Assembly (NCBI GenBank): GCA_963792515.1
Contig: CAWBWG010000007.1
Coordinates: 48,171-112,170 of the forward strand
DNA length: 64,000 bases
Reading direction: 5' to 3'
DNA from: an uncultured Acidobacteriota bacterium
GTDB lineage: Bacteria; Acidobacteriota; Terriglobia; Acidiferrales; UBA7541
Shown here: in pieces, positions 18,009-26,148 of the stretch
Layout of the letters: each line of letters begins with the position of its first letter
How positions within the stretch are numbered: position 1 is the first letter of the stretch
Translations under genes and position numbers: made by a program
The notes under the pieces: model-generated
Database searches by the model: none
Told to the model about the DNA's origin: nothing
The model's input: the letters and a program-made list of their open reading frames with translations, nothing else

Positions 18009-19007
18009 CTACCCGACCTTCTTGAACGTCCCATTGTCGCACCTTACAAGTATGCCGAGGCTCAACGTGGCCTTCGTGAGTCGGGACAAGCTTGAGCGTG
18101 GCACGGTTTTATCCGCGATGTCTTCAAATTTGAACTCTTTCGGCAGTTTGTCCCAATAATTTCTTTGAGCCTGCGAGAGGCTCCGAAGCAAATTGAATTG
18201 ATCCGCGGTGACTTGCTCAAAGCCAGCGAGTTGATCGTCCTTGTCCGCGACGGGTCGAATCAAGATTGGGTGCATTTCTCGCCCGCGAACGATGCCATTT
18301 ATCACTCGAACCTCGTCGTCCAGCATGTCGATCCCCAGCCGTGCGTCGGATCGGTTCACTATATCTAGCGAGCCGGACACTTCTTCGAGCCAATCCCTCG
18401 CGTCCGAAAGCAAGTCTGCCTTTACGCCCCTCCGGTCCTTCTTGCGAAGATTGAACGTACCGAGGATTGCCCCGTGCGGAAACCTAGCCAGGATTTCTCT
18501 CAATTTTCGAAAGAGCCTTAGGACCTCCGGTTTTTTCGTGGTATCCAGTTGGAAGAGCATTTCCACGGGATCTACCAGAACGATTGCATTGGGCTTCGAT
18601 CTGAGCGCCCTCTCGATCAAGGCCAGTTTCGAATCGTGTCCCGGCTCAGTTGTGGCCTTCAACAGTGCCTCTGTACTCGATTCGGTTAGGTAGTCACGCT
18701 CTAGGTACACATCCAGTTCACTGGGCACGCGAGGTACGGGGACTCCGAGTCTGCCCGCGATAACTTCGATCGTTTTCTTGTAGTCTGGACCGGGAGTTTC
18801 GCAGTCGAAGACGATGACAGGCCGTCGCTGCACCCTCCGGCCGCACCAGTTTAGGCCGTGGACTAGTCTGACGGTGAGATCAGCTAAAACCGGGGATTTG
18901 CCCATCCCAAAAGGGCCGGCAAAGGCGGCTAGCTCACCTTCGCGAAGCAATCCGTCGATCAACTCAGGTCGTTCTTCACGGTTCCGCTCAAAAAAGGATC
19001 TGGCCAC
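18009..19007 (-). CDS. RecA-fold AAA ATPase (AAA_25 / RepA-like)
   Basis: ..ELAAFAGPFGMGKSPVLADLTVRLVHGLNWCGRRV (Walker A), PVIVFDCE, NAIVLVDPVEMLF. A GTG start at 19007 is preferred, because the first 56 codons of track ORF 18009..19175 overlap a clear HTH gene in another frame. Confidence 0.7.
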   Translation of the reverse strand: MARSFFERNREERPELIDGLLREGELAAFAGPFGMGKSPVLADLTVRLVHGLNWCGRRVQRRPVIVFDCETPGPDYKKTIEVIAGRLGVPVPRVPSELDVYLERDYLTESSTEALLKATTEPGHDSKLALIERALRSKPNAIVLVDPVEMLFQLDTTKKPEVLRLFRKLREILARFPHGAILGTFNLRKKDRRGVKADLLSDARDWLEEVSGSLDIVNRSDARLGIDMLDDEVRVINGIVRGREMHPILIRPVADKDDQLAGFEQVTADQFNLLRSLSQAQRNYWDKLPKEFKFEDIADKTVPRSSLSRLTKATLSLGILVRCDNGTFKKVG

Positions 19008-19008
19008 G

Positions 19009-19185
19009 TCACTTGAACCTTGAGAGAAACTGACGAACAACGTCGGGGTCGAACAATAAGCGACGGCAAATTCGAGTAGGTTTGAGCGCACCTTTTCGGA
19101 CCCAGGCTCTGACTGTATGGGGCGATACTCGAAGTCTGTCAGCGAGATCACGCAAGGTGAGCAGTTGGGGAACACCGTCAGACAT
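19009..19185 (-). CDS. HTH_17 / excisionase-AlpA-like DNA-binding protein (58 aa)
   Basis: My translation from the ATG at 19185: MSDGVPQLLTLRDLADRLRVSPHTVRAWVRKGALKPTRICRRLLFDPDVVRQFLSRFK; TGA stop codon at 19011-19009 on the minus strand. Confidence 0.7.
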   Translation of the reverse strand: MSDGVPQLLTLRDLADRLRVSPHTVRAWVRKGALKPTRICRRLLFDPDVVRQFLSRFK

Positions 19186-19188
19186 CGC

Positions 19189-19359
19189 TCAATCCTTTGT
19201 TTTCAGCCTGGCTTCGACCGCCTCAACAGGAATGCGCCAACGCTTTCCGACCTTGCGGCCCACCAGCTTTCCAGTCCAAAGCAGCGAGTACAAATAATCG
19301 AGCCCGACGCCGAGTCTGCGGGCCGCTTCGATTGCGCTCATTTCTGTTTGTTTTGTCAT
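19189..19359 (-). CDS. HTH_17 / excisionase-AlpA-like DNA-binding protein (56 aa)
   Basis: ATG at 19359 preceded by AAGGAGG: MTKQTEMSAIEAARRLGVGLDYLYSLLWTGKLVGRKVGKRWRIPVEAVEARLKTKD. Confidence 0.7.
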   Translation of the reverse strand: MTKQTEMSAIEAARRLGVGLDYLYSLLWTGKLVGRKVGKRWRIPVEAVEARLKTKD

Positions 19360-19584
19360 ATTCCTCCTTGACAGTCGCGATGCTACTCCTTACCCTAATG
19401 CTCGTGCAACGTGGCCATATCAAGACCGTAACAGAACTTGCCGTTCTGGTGCCCTGCGATGCGAAGGACAAAGACGGCTTAGCGACATTTCTGTCGGAGT
19501 TGGCCGGAACTCAGCCGGTCCGAGTTGTTACTCTGGGTGATCTCAAGTCCGATCCACGCAAAATTTAAGCAAGCGCTGAGTACG

Positions 19585-20193
19585 ATGTGGGACTACGAAC
19601 GGGTGCAGTTCGAAGCGGTGGTCGCCTTACTCAGCGCGTTGCGAAGAAAAGACAAGCTGGCAATCAGCCGCGCCCGAGGCTTCGTCACGAACGCACTCGC
19701 GCTCAAGCGAGAAGGGGACAGGAGACTCGGCATTAGCCCGGCGCTAGATGATGACCTAGATTTTGGGCGGGTTCTTATTCATGTTTTTGGCCTGGAGCCG
19801 GGACAGGAGAAGGAAGCCATTGAGCGGTGGAACGGTTACCGTCACGGTCCGAAAGCGGATGCAAACCATCGGTGGCTACTATCGCAGCTAATGTCTGAAG
19901 CGCTCGATTCTGTGCGTTTGGTGCTCTGGTCGTCGGGAAAGCATCTTCGACCTGCGCTCTACTGCCCTCAGGCCAAGGCCGCTCTTTACGCGATGCTCTT
20001 GATGAAGATCGCCGCTGGGCGGGGATGGGGAGTGTGTCCGTATTGCGGTCAGTTCTTTGCTCAAAAGCGTTCCGACCAGAATTACTGCACGATTGCACAT
20101 CGTGAGGCGCATCGAGTAGCACGGTGGCGTGCAGCGAGAGTATCGCAATCGAAACAGAGAGGCGGGTCATATGGCACTCGTAAAACGCGGTAG
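19585..20193 (+). CDS. hypothetical protein with a C-terminal CPYCG..C..AH zinc-ribbon-like motif
   Basis: ATG at 19585 within ORF 19525..20193. The C-terminus reads WGVCPYCGQFFAQKRSDQNYCTIAHREAHRVARW. It overlaps the integrase start by 23 nt. Confidence 0.5.
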   Translation: MWDYERVQFEAVVALLSALRRKDKLAISRARGFVTNALALKREGDRRLGISPALDDDLDFGRVLIHVFGLEPGQEKEAIERWNGYRHGPKADANHRWLLSQLMSEALDSVRLVLWSSGKHLRPALYCPQAKAALYAMLLMKIAAGRGWGVCPYCGQFFAQKRSDQNYCTIAHREAHRVARWRAARVSQSKQRGGSYGTRKTR

Positions 20194-21400
20194 GACGTGG
20201 CACACACAATTCTACGTTAACGGTGCTCGCTACCGACAGTCGCTTCGCACAACCGACTGGCGCGAAGCGCTTCAGCGCGAGAAAGAACTGATCTCGCAGG
20301 CGAGTGTCGGGAAGCTCGCGCCGTCGAGTCAGCAGTTCGCCCGACTCGCCTTTTCCGTGGCGGCGGATCGATACATCGAAGATCGTAAGGCCTATCTGGC
20401 GCCTCGAAGCGTGCGTACAGAACAAGAGCGCCTGAAGGGTCTGCGATTATTCTTTGGTGCGACGCCGTTAACCCGCATCAGTTCGGACTCGGTTCGAGAA
20501 TATGTCGCCAAGCGCAAGAACGCGGGACTGAGCAATCGCACGGTGAATATGGAGACTGGCTGCCTTGCTCGCGTTCTAAAGAGGGCGAAACGTTGGCATC
20601 TGATCGCAGAGGATATAAAGCCGCTGCCCGAGGGACGGAGCGTGGGTAGGGCATTGACGCATGAAGAGAAAGTGAAGCTACTAAAAGCTGCTGCTCGCAA
20701 ACCAGAGTGGATGCTTGCGCGGCTTGCTGCAATCTTGGCACTGAATACCACGATGCGAGGGTGCGAGATCCGCGGACTACGATGGTGCGACGTCGATTTC
20801 ATAGAACGGACACTCACCGTGCGCCGAAGTAAAACACAGGCGGGGGAGCGCGTGATTCCGCTCAACGGCGACGGGTGGGGAGCGATTCTCGAGTTACGGG
20901 AGAGAGCAAAACAGCTTCTCGGCGTCGAGCCGCGCTCCCAGTGGTTTGTATTTCCTCATGGGGAGGGGCAAGGGCCCGTTACCCACACGAAAACGAGACC
21001 TGGGCCAAAATCGGTAACTGTGAAACCCGACCCAACCAAGCCTATGATTTCGTGGCGGACGGCATGGCGAAAAATTGCCAAGGAAGCCGGACTCCCCGGG
21101 CTGCGGTTTCATGATCTCCGGCACCACGCCGTGACAGAGCTTGCCGAGGGGCAGGCCAGCGATCAAATAATACGGTCGATTGCGGGGCACGTTTCACTTC
21201 GAATGCTAGAGCATTATTCTCATATCAGGTTGGACGCCAAGCGCAAGGCGCTTGATGCTCTCTCAGGTGGACCACCGGACTCAGTTACGACACAACTCAC
21301 GACACAAATTTCGAATCGATCGCCGCAAGCGATTGAAAAGAATGGCGGGGCCGACGGGGTTCGAACCCGCGACCTCCTGCGTGACAGGCAGGCGTTCTAA
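20171..21400 (+). CDS. tyrosine recombinase / phage-type integrase
   Basis: The ATG at 20171 gives MALVKRGRTWHTQFYVNGARYRQSL (typical integrase N-terminus). Catalytic pattern: CEIRGLRWCDVDF (Arg), LRFHDLRHHAVT (HxxR), GHVSLRMLEHYSHI (Tyr). The last 58 nt of the ORF run into tRNA-Asp on the opposite strand. Confidence 0.9.
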   Translation: MALVKRGRTWHTQFYVNGARYRQSLRTTDWREALQREKELISQASVGKLAPSSQQFARLAFSVAADRYIEDRKAYLAPRSVRTEQERLKGLRLFFGATPLTRISSDSVREYVAKRKNAGLSNRTVNMETGCLARVLKRAKRWHLIAEDIKPLPEGRSVGRALTHEEKVKLLKAAARKPEWMLARLAAILALNTTMRGCEIRGLRWCDVDFIERTLTVRRSKTQAGERVIPLNGDGWGAILELRERAKQLLGVEPRSQWFVFPHGEGQGPVTHTKTRPGPKSVTVKPDPTKPMISWRTAWRKIAKEAGLPGLRFHDLRHHAVTELAEGQASDQIIRSIAGHVSLRMLEHYSHIRLDAKRKALDALSGGPPDSVTTQLTTQISNRSPQAIEKNGGADGVRTRDLLRDRQAF

Positions 21401-21420
21401 CCAAGCTGAACTACGGCCCC
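21343..21420 (-). tRNA. tRNA-Asp (anticodon GTC)
   Basis: The reverse complement folds as GGGGCCG TA GTTC AGCTTGGTTA GAAC G CCTGC CTGTCAC GCAGG AGGTC GCGGG TTCGAAC CCCGT CGGCCCC G CCA. Confidence 0.9.
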
Positions 21421-21452
21421 GTTGTACTTGTACGGCGTCACTTTTGCGGTGA

Positions 21453-21528
21453 TGGTGGGCGGTCAGCGATTTGAACGCTGGACCTTCCCGGTGTAAGCGG
21501 GATGCTCTAACCGCTGAGCTAACCGCCC
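21453..21528 (-). tRNA. tRNA-Val (anticodon TAC)
   Basis: The reverse complement folds as GGGCGGT TA GCTC AGCGGTTA GAGC A TCCCG CTTACAC CGGGA AGGTC CAGCG TTCAAAT CGCTG ACCGCCC A CCA. Confidence 0.9.
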
Positions 21529-21674
21529 TCGTGATGCGAACGCATTCTGCATGCAACGAATTTAGATTACAGGTTATTCGGCCGGTCCGCAACTGAGTCG
21601 CGTCTCCTTAAAGCCCGGAACGGACTGCGACAACACAGCGGAATGGCTGCGAATGTGCAGAGATTCTATCCATT

Positions 21675-23045
21675 GTGAAAGCCAGATCATATTTCGGGCT
21701 ATTGTCGCTCCTTGCGCTGCTAGCTTGGTCTCAAGCGCCGGCGCATTCCGTTTACATTTCCTGGAGCGAGGCGCAGCCGGCCCTCGCCGCTTATCAGGAT
21801 GCTTTGCCGGAGCGATTGCGAAGCGCCGCGCCGCTCGACGAATCGAAATGGGCGGCATGGGTTGCGGCCAGCGATCGCGAAGTGCGCGCGCGCCTCGATC
21901 GTGGGCAGGAAGATACTCTTAGCAATTTGCTGCGCTTTGGCGTCACCTTCACGCAGGAATACCGCATTGATGATGAATACTTGCCTAAATTTGGGCGCAG
22001 CACGCTGGTGGATTCCTTCGCCGGGCAACGCGCCGGCGATTTGGTCCGCGCGCTCGCTTCGCCGCACTCGGCGGAAGGATTCCGGGAAATGCGCGCATTT
22101 CTCGAGAAGCAGGGCTATTCGTTTGACACTCCGGCAGCGCGCCTAAAAGTAAAAAAGCATCTGCTCGAAAATCTGGCGCGGCTGCGCGACGATTTCGTGA
22201 ACGCTCATTCCGAGGCCGCCAAGGAAAATCGCTGGCAATCCTTCGAAGCGCGCGGGATTTCACTCGATACGAATCTGTGGCCCGACTATGACGTTGACGC
22301 CCATCTGCGCGCCCTGCTGCAAAACGGCTCGCTCAAGCCGGGCAGCGTGCGCCGGATTGCGATCGTCGGCCCGGGGCTTGATTTCGTAAACAAGCAGCAG
22401 GGCTATGATTTTTATCCGCCGCAGACCATCCAGCCCTTTGCGGTGCTCGATAGCCTGGTCCGTCTGAAACTTTCGGATCCTGCGTCGATCGAGATCTATA
22501 CGATGGATATCAGCTCGAGTGTGAACGTGCATATCGAGCGGGCGCTCAAAAATGCGGTCGACGGTAAATCGTACGTGCTGCAATTGCCGTGGTATCAGGC
22601 GGGCCGGTGGAGCGATGAATTCCGTGCAGCGTTCGTTTCCTATTGGCAAAATCTTGGATTGTCGATCGGCAAGCCCGTGCCGGCAATTCCGGTGCCGCAG
22701 GGCGCCGAGGGGATTGAATCTCGCGCCATAGCCGTTCCGCCCGCCATCGTTCGCCGCATTACGCCGTTGGATTTGAACATCGTCTATCAACGGATCGAGC
22801 TGGCTCCCGATCAACGCTTCGATTTGATCATCGGCACGAATGTGTTCGTCTACTATGGCGCGTTTGAGCAGTCGCTGGTGCGCGCGAATGTGGCGAGCAT
22901 GCTTAGACCCGGTGGATTTTTGCTTTCATCGGAGAAACTGGCGGATCGCATCGAGAATGGATTGGCGCCGGAGACGACCACCGAAATTCCTATGACTGGG
23001 CCGCCCGTGATGACGGACTACATTTTCGGCTATCGGCGAAAGTAA
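21675..23045 (+). CDS. secreted protein with a class I SAM-methyltransferase-like C-terminal half
   Basis: GTG start with signal-like MKARSYFGLLSLLALLAWSQAPAHS. Methyltransferase-like blocks RRIAIVGPGLDF, FDLIIGTNVFVYY and MLRPGGFLL. Confidence 0.55.
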   Translation: MKARSYFGLLSLLALLAWSQAPAHSVYISWSEAQPALAAYQDALPERLRSAAPLDESKWAAWVAASDREVRARLDRGQEDTLSNLLRFGVTFTQEYRIDDEYLPKFGRSTLVDSFAGQRAGDLVRALASPHSAEGFREMRAFLEKQGYSFDTPAARLKVKKHLLENLARLRDDFVNAHSEAAKENRWQSFEARGISLDTNLWPDYDVDAHLRALLQNGSLKPGSVRRIAIVGPGLDFVNKQQGYDFYPPQTIQPFAVLDSLVRLKLSDPASIEIYTMDISSSVNVHIERALKNAVDGKSYVLQLPWYQAGRWSDEFRAAFVSYWQNLGLSIGKPVPAIPVPQGAEGIESRAIAVPPAIVRRITPLDLNIVYQRIELAPDQRFDLIIGTNVFVYYGAFEQSLVRANVASMLRPGGFLLSSEKLADRIENGLAPETTTEIPMTGPPVMTDYIFGYRRK

Positions 23046-23069
23046 TCGGTGCGGAAATTACGCCGCCCG

Positions 23070-25067
23070 CTAAGCTAGATCGGATTCCCGGCGGCAGAAG
23101 CAACGAGGGCGCCGGACACCCGCAGCTATGCTGGACGGACAGTAAACTTCCGCCCCTACCGCGGGCGAGGCAACGGCTGCGTCCATGGTTGCGGCAAAGG
23201 TTGCGGCGTGGCGTGCTTTCCTGGTTACCGACGGAGTGCTCAGTGAATGTGCTTGTCCGTGGCAGGTCAGCGCGCAGGAATTCGTGGCCCGGCTATAGGA
23301 AACTGGACCGCCGTTTGGCGCGACTACGTTGACATCAAAGTTGACCAGCCGCTCGCCGGAAACAGTGGCGCTAGTCGCGCCCATTCCATGCGGAGTATGG
23401 CAAACCGAGCAGGAGAACCCATCGTTAATATGACGGGCGTGCTCGCTGAAGCTGGCGTTCGACACCACGTTGGCAAGACTGTGGCACTTGCCGCACAACG
23501 CGTACGGGCCGCTCACCGTGAGATCGGGATTCGGATTCAGATTGGTGATGAGTTGGCCTGGAGCCGTCGTCTCGCTGGCTATGTATTGCCGCTCCAGAAT
23601 GTGCGTCCACTTCGTTCCATGCGGGCCATTCGGTCCCGTGCCGCCGAATTCGCGATTGTCATCGCTGTTGTGGCAATCGGAGCAGAAAATTTGGACGCCC
23701 ATGCTGCGTCCCTGGGTCACGCCATCGAGATTCAGCATGTTGGCGAGCAAGCTGGGCTGCGGCAAAGCGCTATTGCTGACGTGCGTTACGGGATGACTCG
23801 AAGTGCTGCTGATGGCGAATTGCGGAATGACGTTGAGAATATCGCCCGAGGACACCAGCCGATTGGGCAAGTACCCGTAGATCGGATTGACAACTTTTCC
23901 CGCGCTCGTGCCATGGCAACGCAAGCAGTTGTCGTACTCGTTTACGGCGGGATACACGGTGCTCACGCCGTCTGCCGCGCTGACTCCGGCGATGCCATTC
24001 TGCGAGGGCCGAATGAGCGGCGGAGGCGTGAAACTCGTGACTTGATTGGCGGGATGGCCGTTGTGGCAATCGACGCAGGTGGCGTGACGATTGTTGTTGA
24101 GCACCACGCTTTCGGCGGCATCGTGCGTGTTCACGCCGGCGGGAAATGGGTGGCCGACCTTGGCGAATTCCGCGAACACATTGGGAATTCCGGGAGAAAT
24201 ATTCGATCCGCCGCTGTGACACGCGAGGCAGTCTTGCTCGTTCGGTGCGCGCAGCAATCGCGCGGGGCCCTGGCCGTTGTGAGGTTCATGGCAGGAGAGG
24301 CATGCGTTCTGCCCTACGTTCGAGTAGCTCCCCACTCCGGACTGCAGCGTGGTCTTATTCGCGGCGGTGGCGTGAATTCCCGTCGGCCAGCCAGCGAGAT
24401 GGTTGATCTGCCCGGTTAAAGCGCGCGTCGGATCATGACAGGCGAGGCACATCTGGCCACTCGAGCTATCGCGCACCAGAAAATTCTGAGAAATGGTGTC
24501 CTTGGCTTGCACGTGCGGGTCGTGGCAGGAAGTGCATTCGATATTTCCCTGCACCAGATGCACCGCTCCAGTGGGGTCCGCCGTTTTTCCCTGAGAAACC
24601 AGCGTCGCCGCTATTTCGACGGTATCTTTTAGCGGCAGCACCAGGCTGAACGGATGCGAGTTCTGCAGGTTCGTGCCGAACACATCGACGGCAGACATCG
24701 AACCCGTCATGGTCACGGCGCCGTACACGATGGTTTGTCCGGGTGCGACGGTTCCATCATGGCAGCTCAGGCAAAGGCTGCTATCTCCTCCGAGCGGAGG
24801 GATGGTGTTTCCGGTCTGATGATAGGTTGTGCTGGTGTAGGTCGTGTAGGTCTGCGTCGAGAAGGTTTGGTTCCAAAGCGGCGCCGGCGCGAATCCGGAA
24901 TGTGGTGCATGGCAATACGTGCAGGAACCGGGCCGCGCGCCGGTTACCGGCGACTTGCTGCCAGTGGTCAAATCGTGGACGCCGATTACATCGCCAGTCA
25001 CCTGCGCGCGCATCGCGGCTGGAGCCATCATCACCAGGGCGCACATCAGCAGGAACCGCGGCCTCAC
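23070..25067 (-). CDS. multiheme c-type cytochrome (11 CXXCH + 1 CX3CH), secreted
   Basis: Signal-like MRPRFLLMCALVMMAPAAMRAQ. Motifs counted by eye: CTYCH, CLSCH, CTSCH, CLACH, CLSCH, CLACH, CVDCH, CLRCH, CSDCH, CGKCH, CSVCH, CALTCH. The GTG start overlaps the upstream stop (GTGA at 25064-25067). Confidence 0.9.
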   Translation of the reverse strand: MRPRFLLMCALVMMAPAAMRAQVTGDVIGVHDLTTGSKSPVTGARPGSCTYCHAPHSGFAPAPLWNQTFSTQTYTTYTSTTYHQTGNTIPPLGGDSSLCLSCHDGTVAPGQTIVYGAVTMTGSMSAVDVFGTNLQNSHPFSLVLPLKDTVEIAATLVSQGKTADPTGAVHLVQGNIECTSCHDPHVQAKDTISQNFLVRDSSSGQMCLACHDPTRALTGQINHLAGWPTGIHATAANKTTLQSGVGSYSNVGQNACLSCHEPHNGQGPARLLRAPNEQDCLACHSGGSNISPGIPNVFAEFAKVGHPFPAGVNTHDAAESVVLNNNRHATCVDCHNGHPANQVTSFTPPPLIRPSQNGIAGVSAADGVSTVYPAVNEYDNCLRCHGTSAGKVVNPIYGYLPNRLVSSGDILNVIPQFAISSTSSHPVTHVSNSALPQPSLLANMLNLDGVTQGRSMGVQIFCSDCHNSDDNREFGGTGPNGPHGTKWTHILERQYIASETTAPGQLITNLNPNPDLTVSGPYALCGKCHSLANVVSNASFSEHARHINDGFSCSVCHTPHGMGATSATVSGERLVNFDVNVVAPNGGPVSYSRATNSCALTCHGQAHSLSTPSVTRKARHAATFAATMDAAVASPAVGAEVYCPSSIAAGVRRPRCFCRRESDLA

Positions 25068-26134
25068 TGATTTCCTCCCGCCGATTGTTTCGGCAAACCG
25101 TAATAGTGAAATACTTGCACGCGGCGGTTCAGGGAATCGACCACGAAAACGCGATCGTTGTGATCGATAAATAATCCGGACGGCAATTGGAATTGCGCGA
25201 CGGCTGTGCCGCGTTGCCCGAAGTAGTAAAGAAGCTGGCCTTTGCGGTTGAAAACCTGCACGGCGCCCCGAAGCCCGTCCACCACGTAGAGATCGCCCTC
25301 GGAATCAATGGCGATTCCCTTGGGACGGAACATCGCGGCGTTATCGTCTCCGATGTGGCCAATGGAGTATTGAAATGCTCCCGTGCGATCGAGCACCTGC
25401 ACGCGGAAATTCATCGCATCGACCACAAATAAGTCGCCGCCATCCAGCCGAAGCTCGGTGGGGAAGTTGAACTCCAGTTCGCCGGATCCTTCTTTGCCAA
25501 TGGTCTGCAGCACATTGCCGGCTAGATCCATTACGAAGATTTTGTCGCGCAATGTGTCGGTGACATAAATGCGGTTGGCTGCCGAGTCCACGGCGATTCC
25601 GGTGGGGCGCTTGAAGAAGCCTTCGCCGTATTTCAAGCTTCCGATCACCCGGCTGAATTTGCCGCTGGGCTCAAATACAAAAACTTTCCCGCCTTCCGAA
25701 TCGGTGACGTAGATGTTGTCCTGAGCATCGACGGCCACGCATTGCGGCGCGAGCAGATGGTCTTTGCCTTTATCGCGGCGGGAAATGAATTTGTATTTCT
25801 GCTGGGCGAAATCGAAGATGTGGATCCCGTAGGCGCCCGGGTCGGTCACAATCACGCGCCCGTGCGAATCCGCGACGATGCCGTAGGGGCGAATCAACGA
25901 ATGAAATTCCGGCTCGCCCGCCACCACATCCAGCACTTTGTTCCAGAAGCCGCGCTTGGGCTTGACGTCGCGCTCCCAAGTGAAATTTCGTTCGTAGCTC
26001 AGCTTGCGCCCGCCCTCGAGCAGCAAATCGGGAACCGGTTGGTCTTCCGGCTTTTTCTTGTCCTTCCGCGAGCCCCAGGCAGGAATCAGCAGCAAAAGGG
26101 CAAACACGGTCGCGGTCACCGCGCGTAGTTTCAA
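25064..26134 (-). CDS. NHL-repeat six-bladed beta-propeller protein
   Basis: Repeated blocks PYGIVADSHGRVIVTD, PQCVAVDAQDNIYVTD, PTGIAVDSAANRIYVTD, FPTELRLDGGDLFVVD, PKGIAIDSEGDLYVVD, PSGLFIDHNDRVFVVD. A TTG start at 26134 (MKLRAVTATVFALLLLIPAWG) is preferred, because the track ORF extension to 26764 overlaps the barrel gene. The start is uncertain. Confidence 0.8.
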   Translation of the reverse strand: MKLRAVTATVFALLLLIPAWGSRKDKKKPEDQPVPDLLLEGGRKLSYERNFTWERDVKPKRGFWNKVLDVVAGEPEFHSLIRPYGIVADSHGRVIVTDPGAYGIHIFDFAQQKYKFISRRDKGKDHLLAPQCVAVDAQDNIYVTDSEGGKVFVFEPSGKFSRVIGSLKYGEGFFKRPTGIAVDSAANRIYVTDTLRDKIFVMDLAGNVLQTIGKEGSGELEFNFPTELRLDGGDLFVVDAMNFRVQVLDRTGAFQYSIGHIGDDNAAMFRPKGIAIDSEGDLYVVDGLRGAVQVFNRKGQLLYYFGQRGTAVAQFQLPSGLFIDHNDRVFVVDSLNRRVQVFHYYGLPKQSAGGNQ

Positions 26135-26148
26135 TCGCGATGCGCGGA

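Larger units (their letters stand above)
17474..21420. mobile_element. putative compact integrative (possibly replicative, satellite-like) element at tRNA-Asp; left boundary not defined
   Basis: An integrase converging on the 3' end of tRNA-Asp, a divergent pair of HTH_17 genes, a RepA-like ATPase, and an iteron-like array just 3' of that ATPase. I could not find a clear direct repeat of the tRNA 3' end. Confidence 0.45.
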
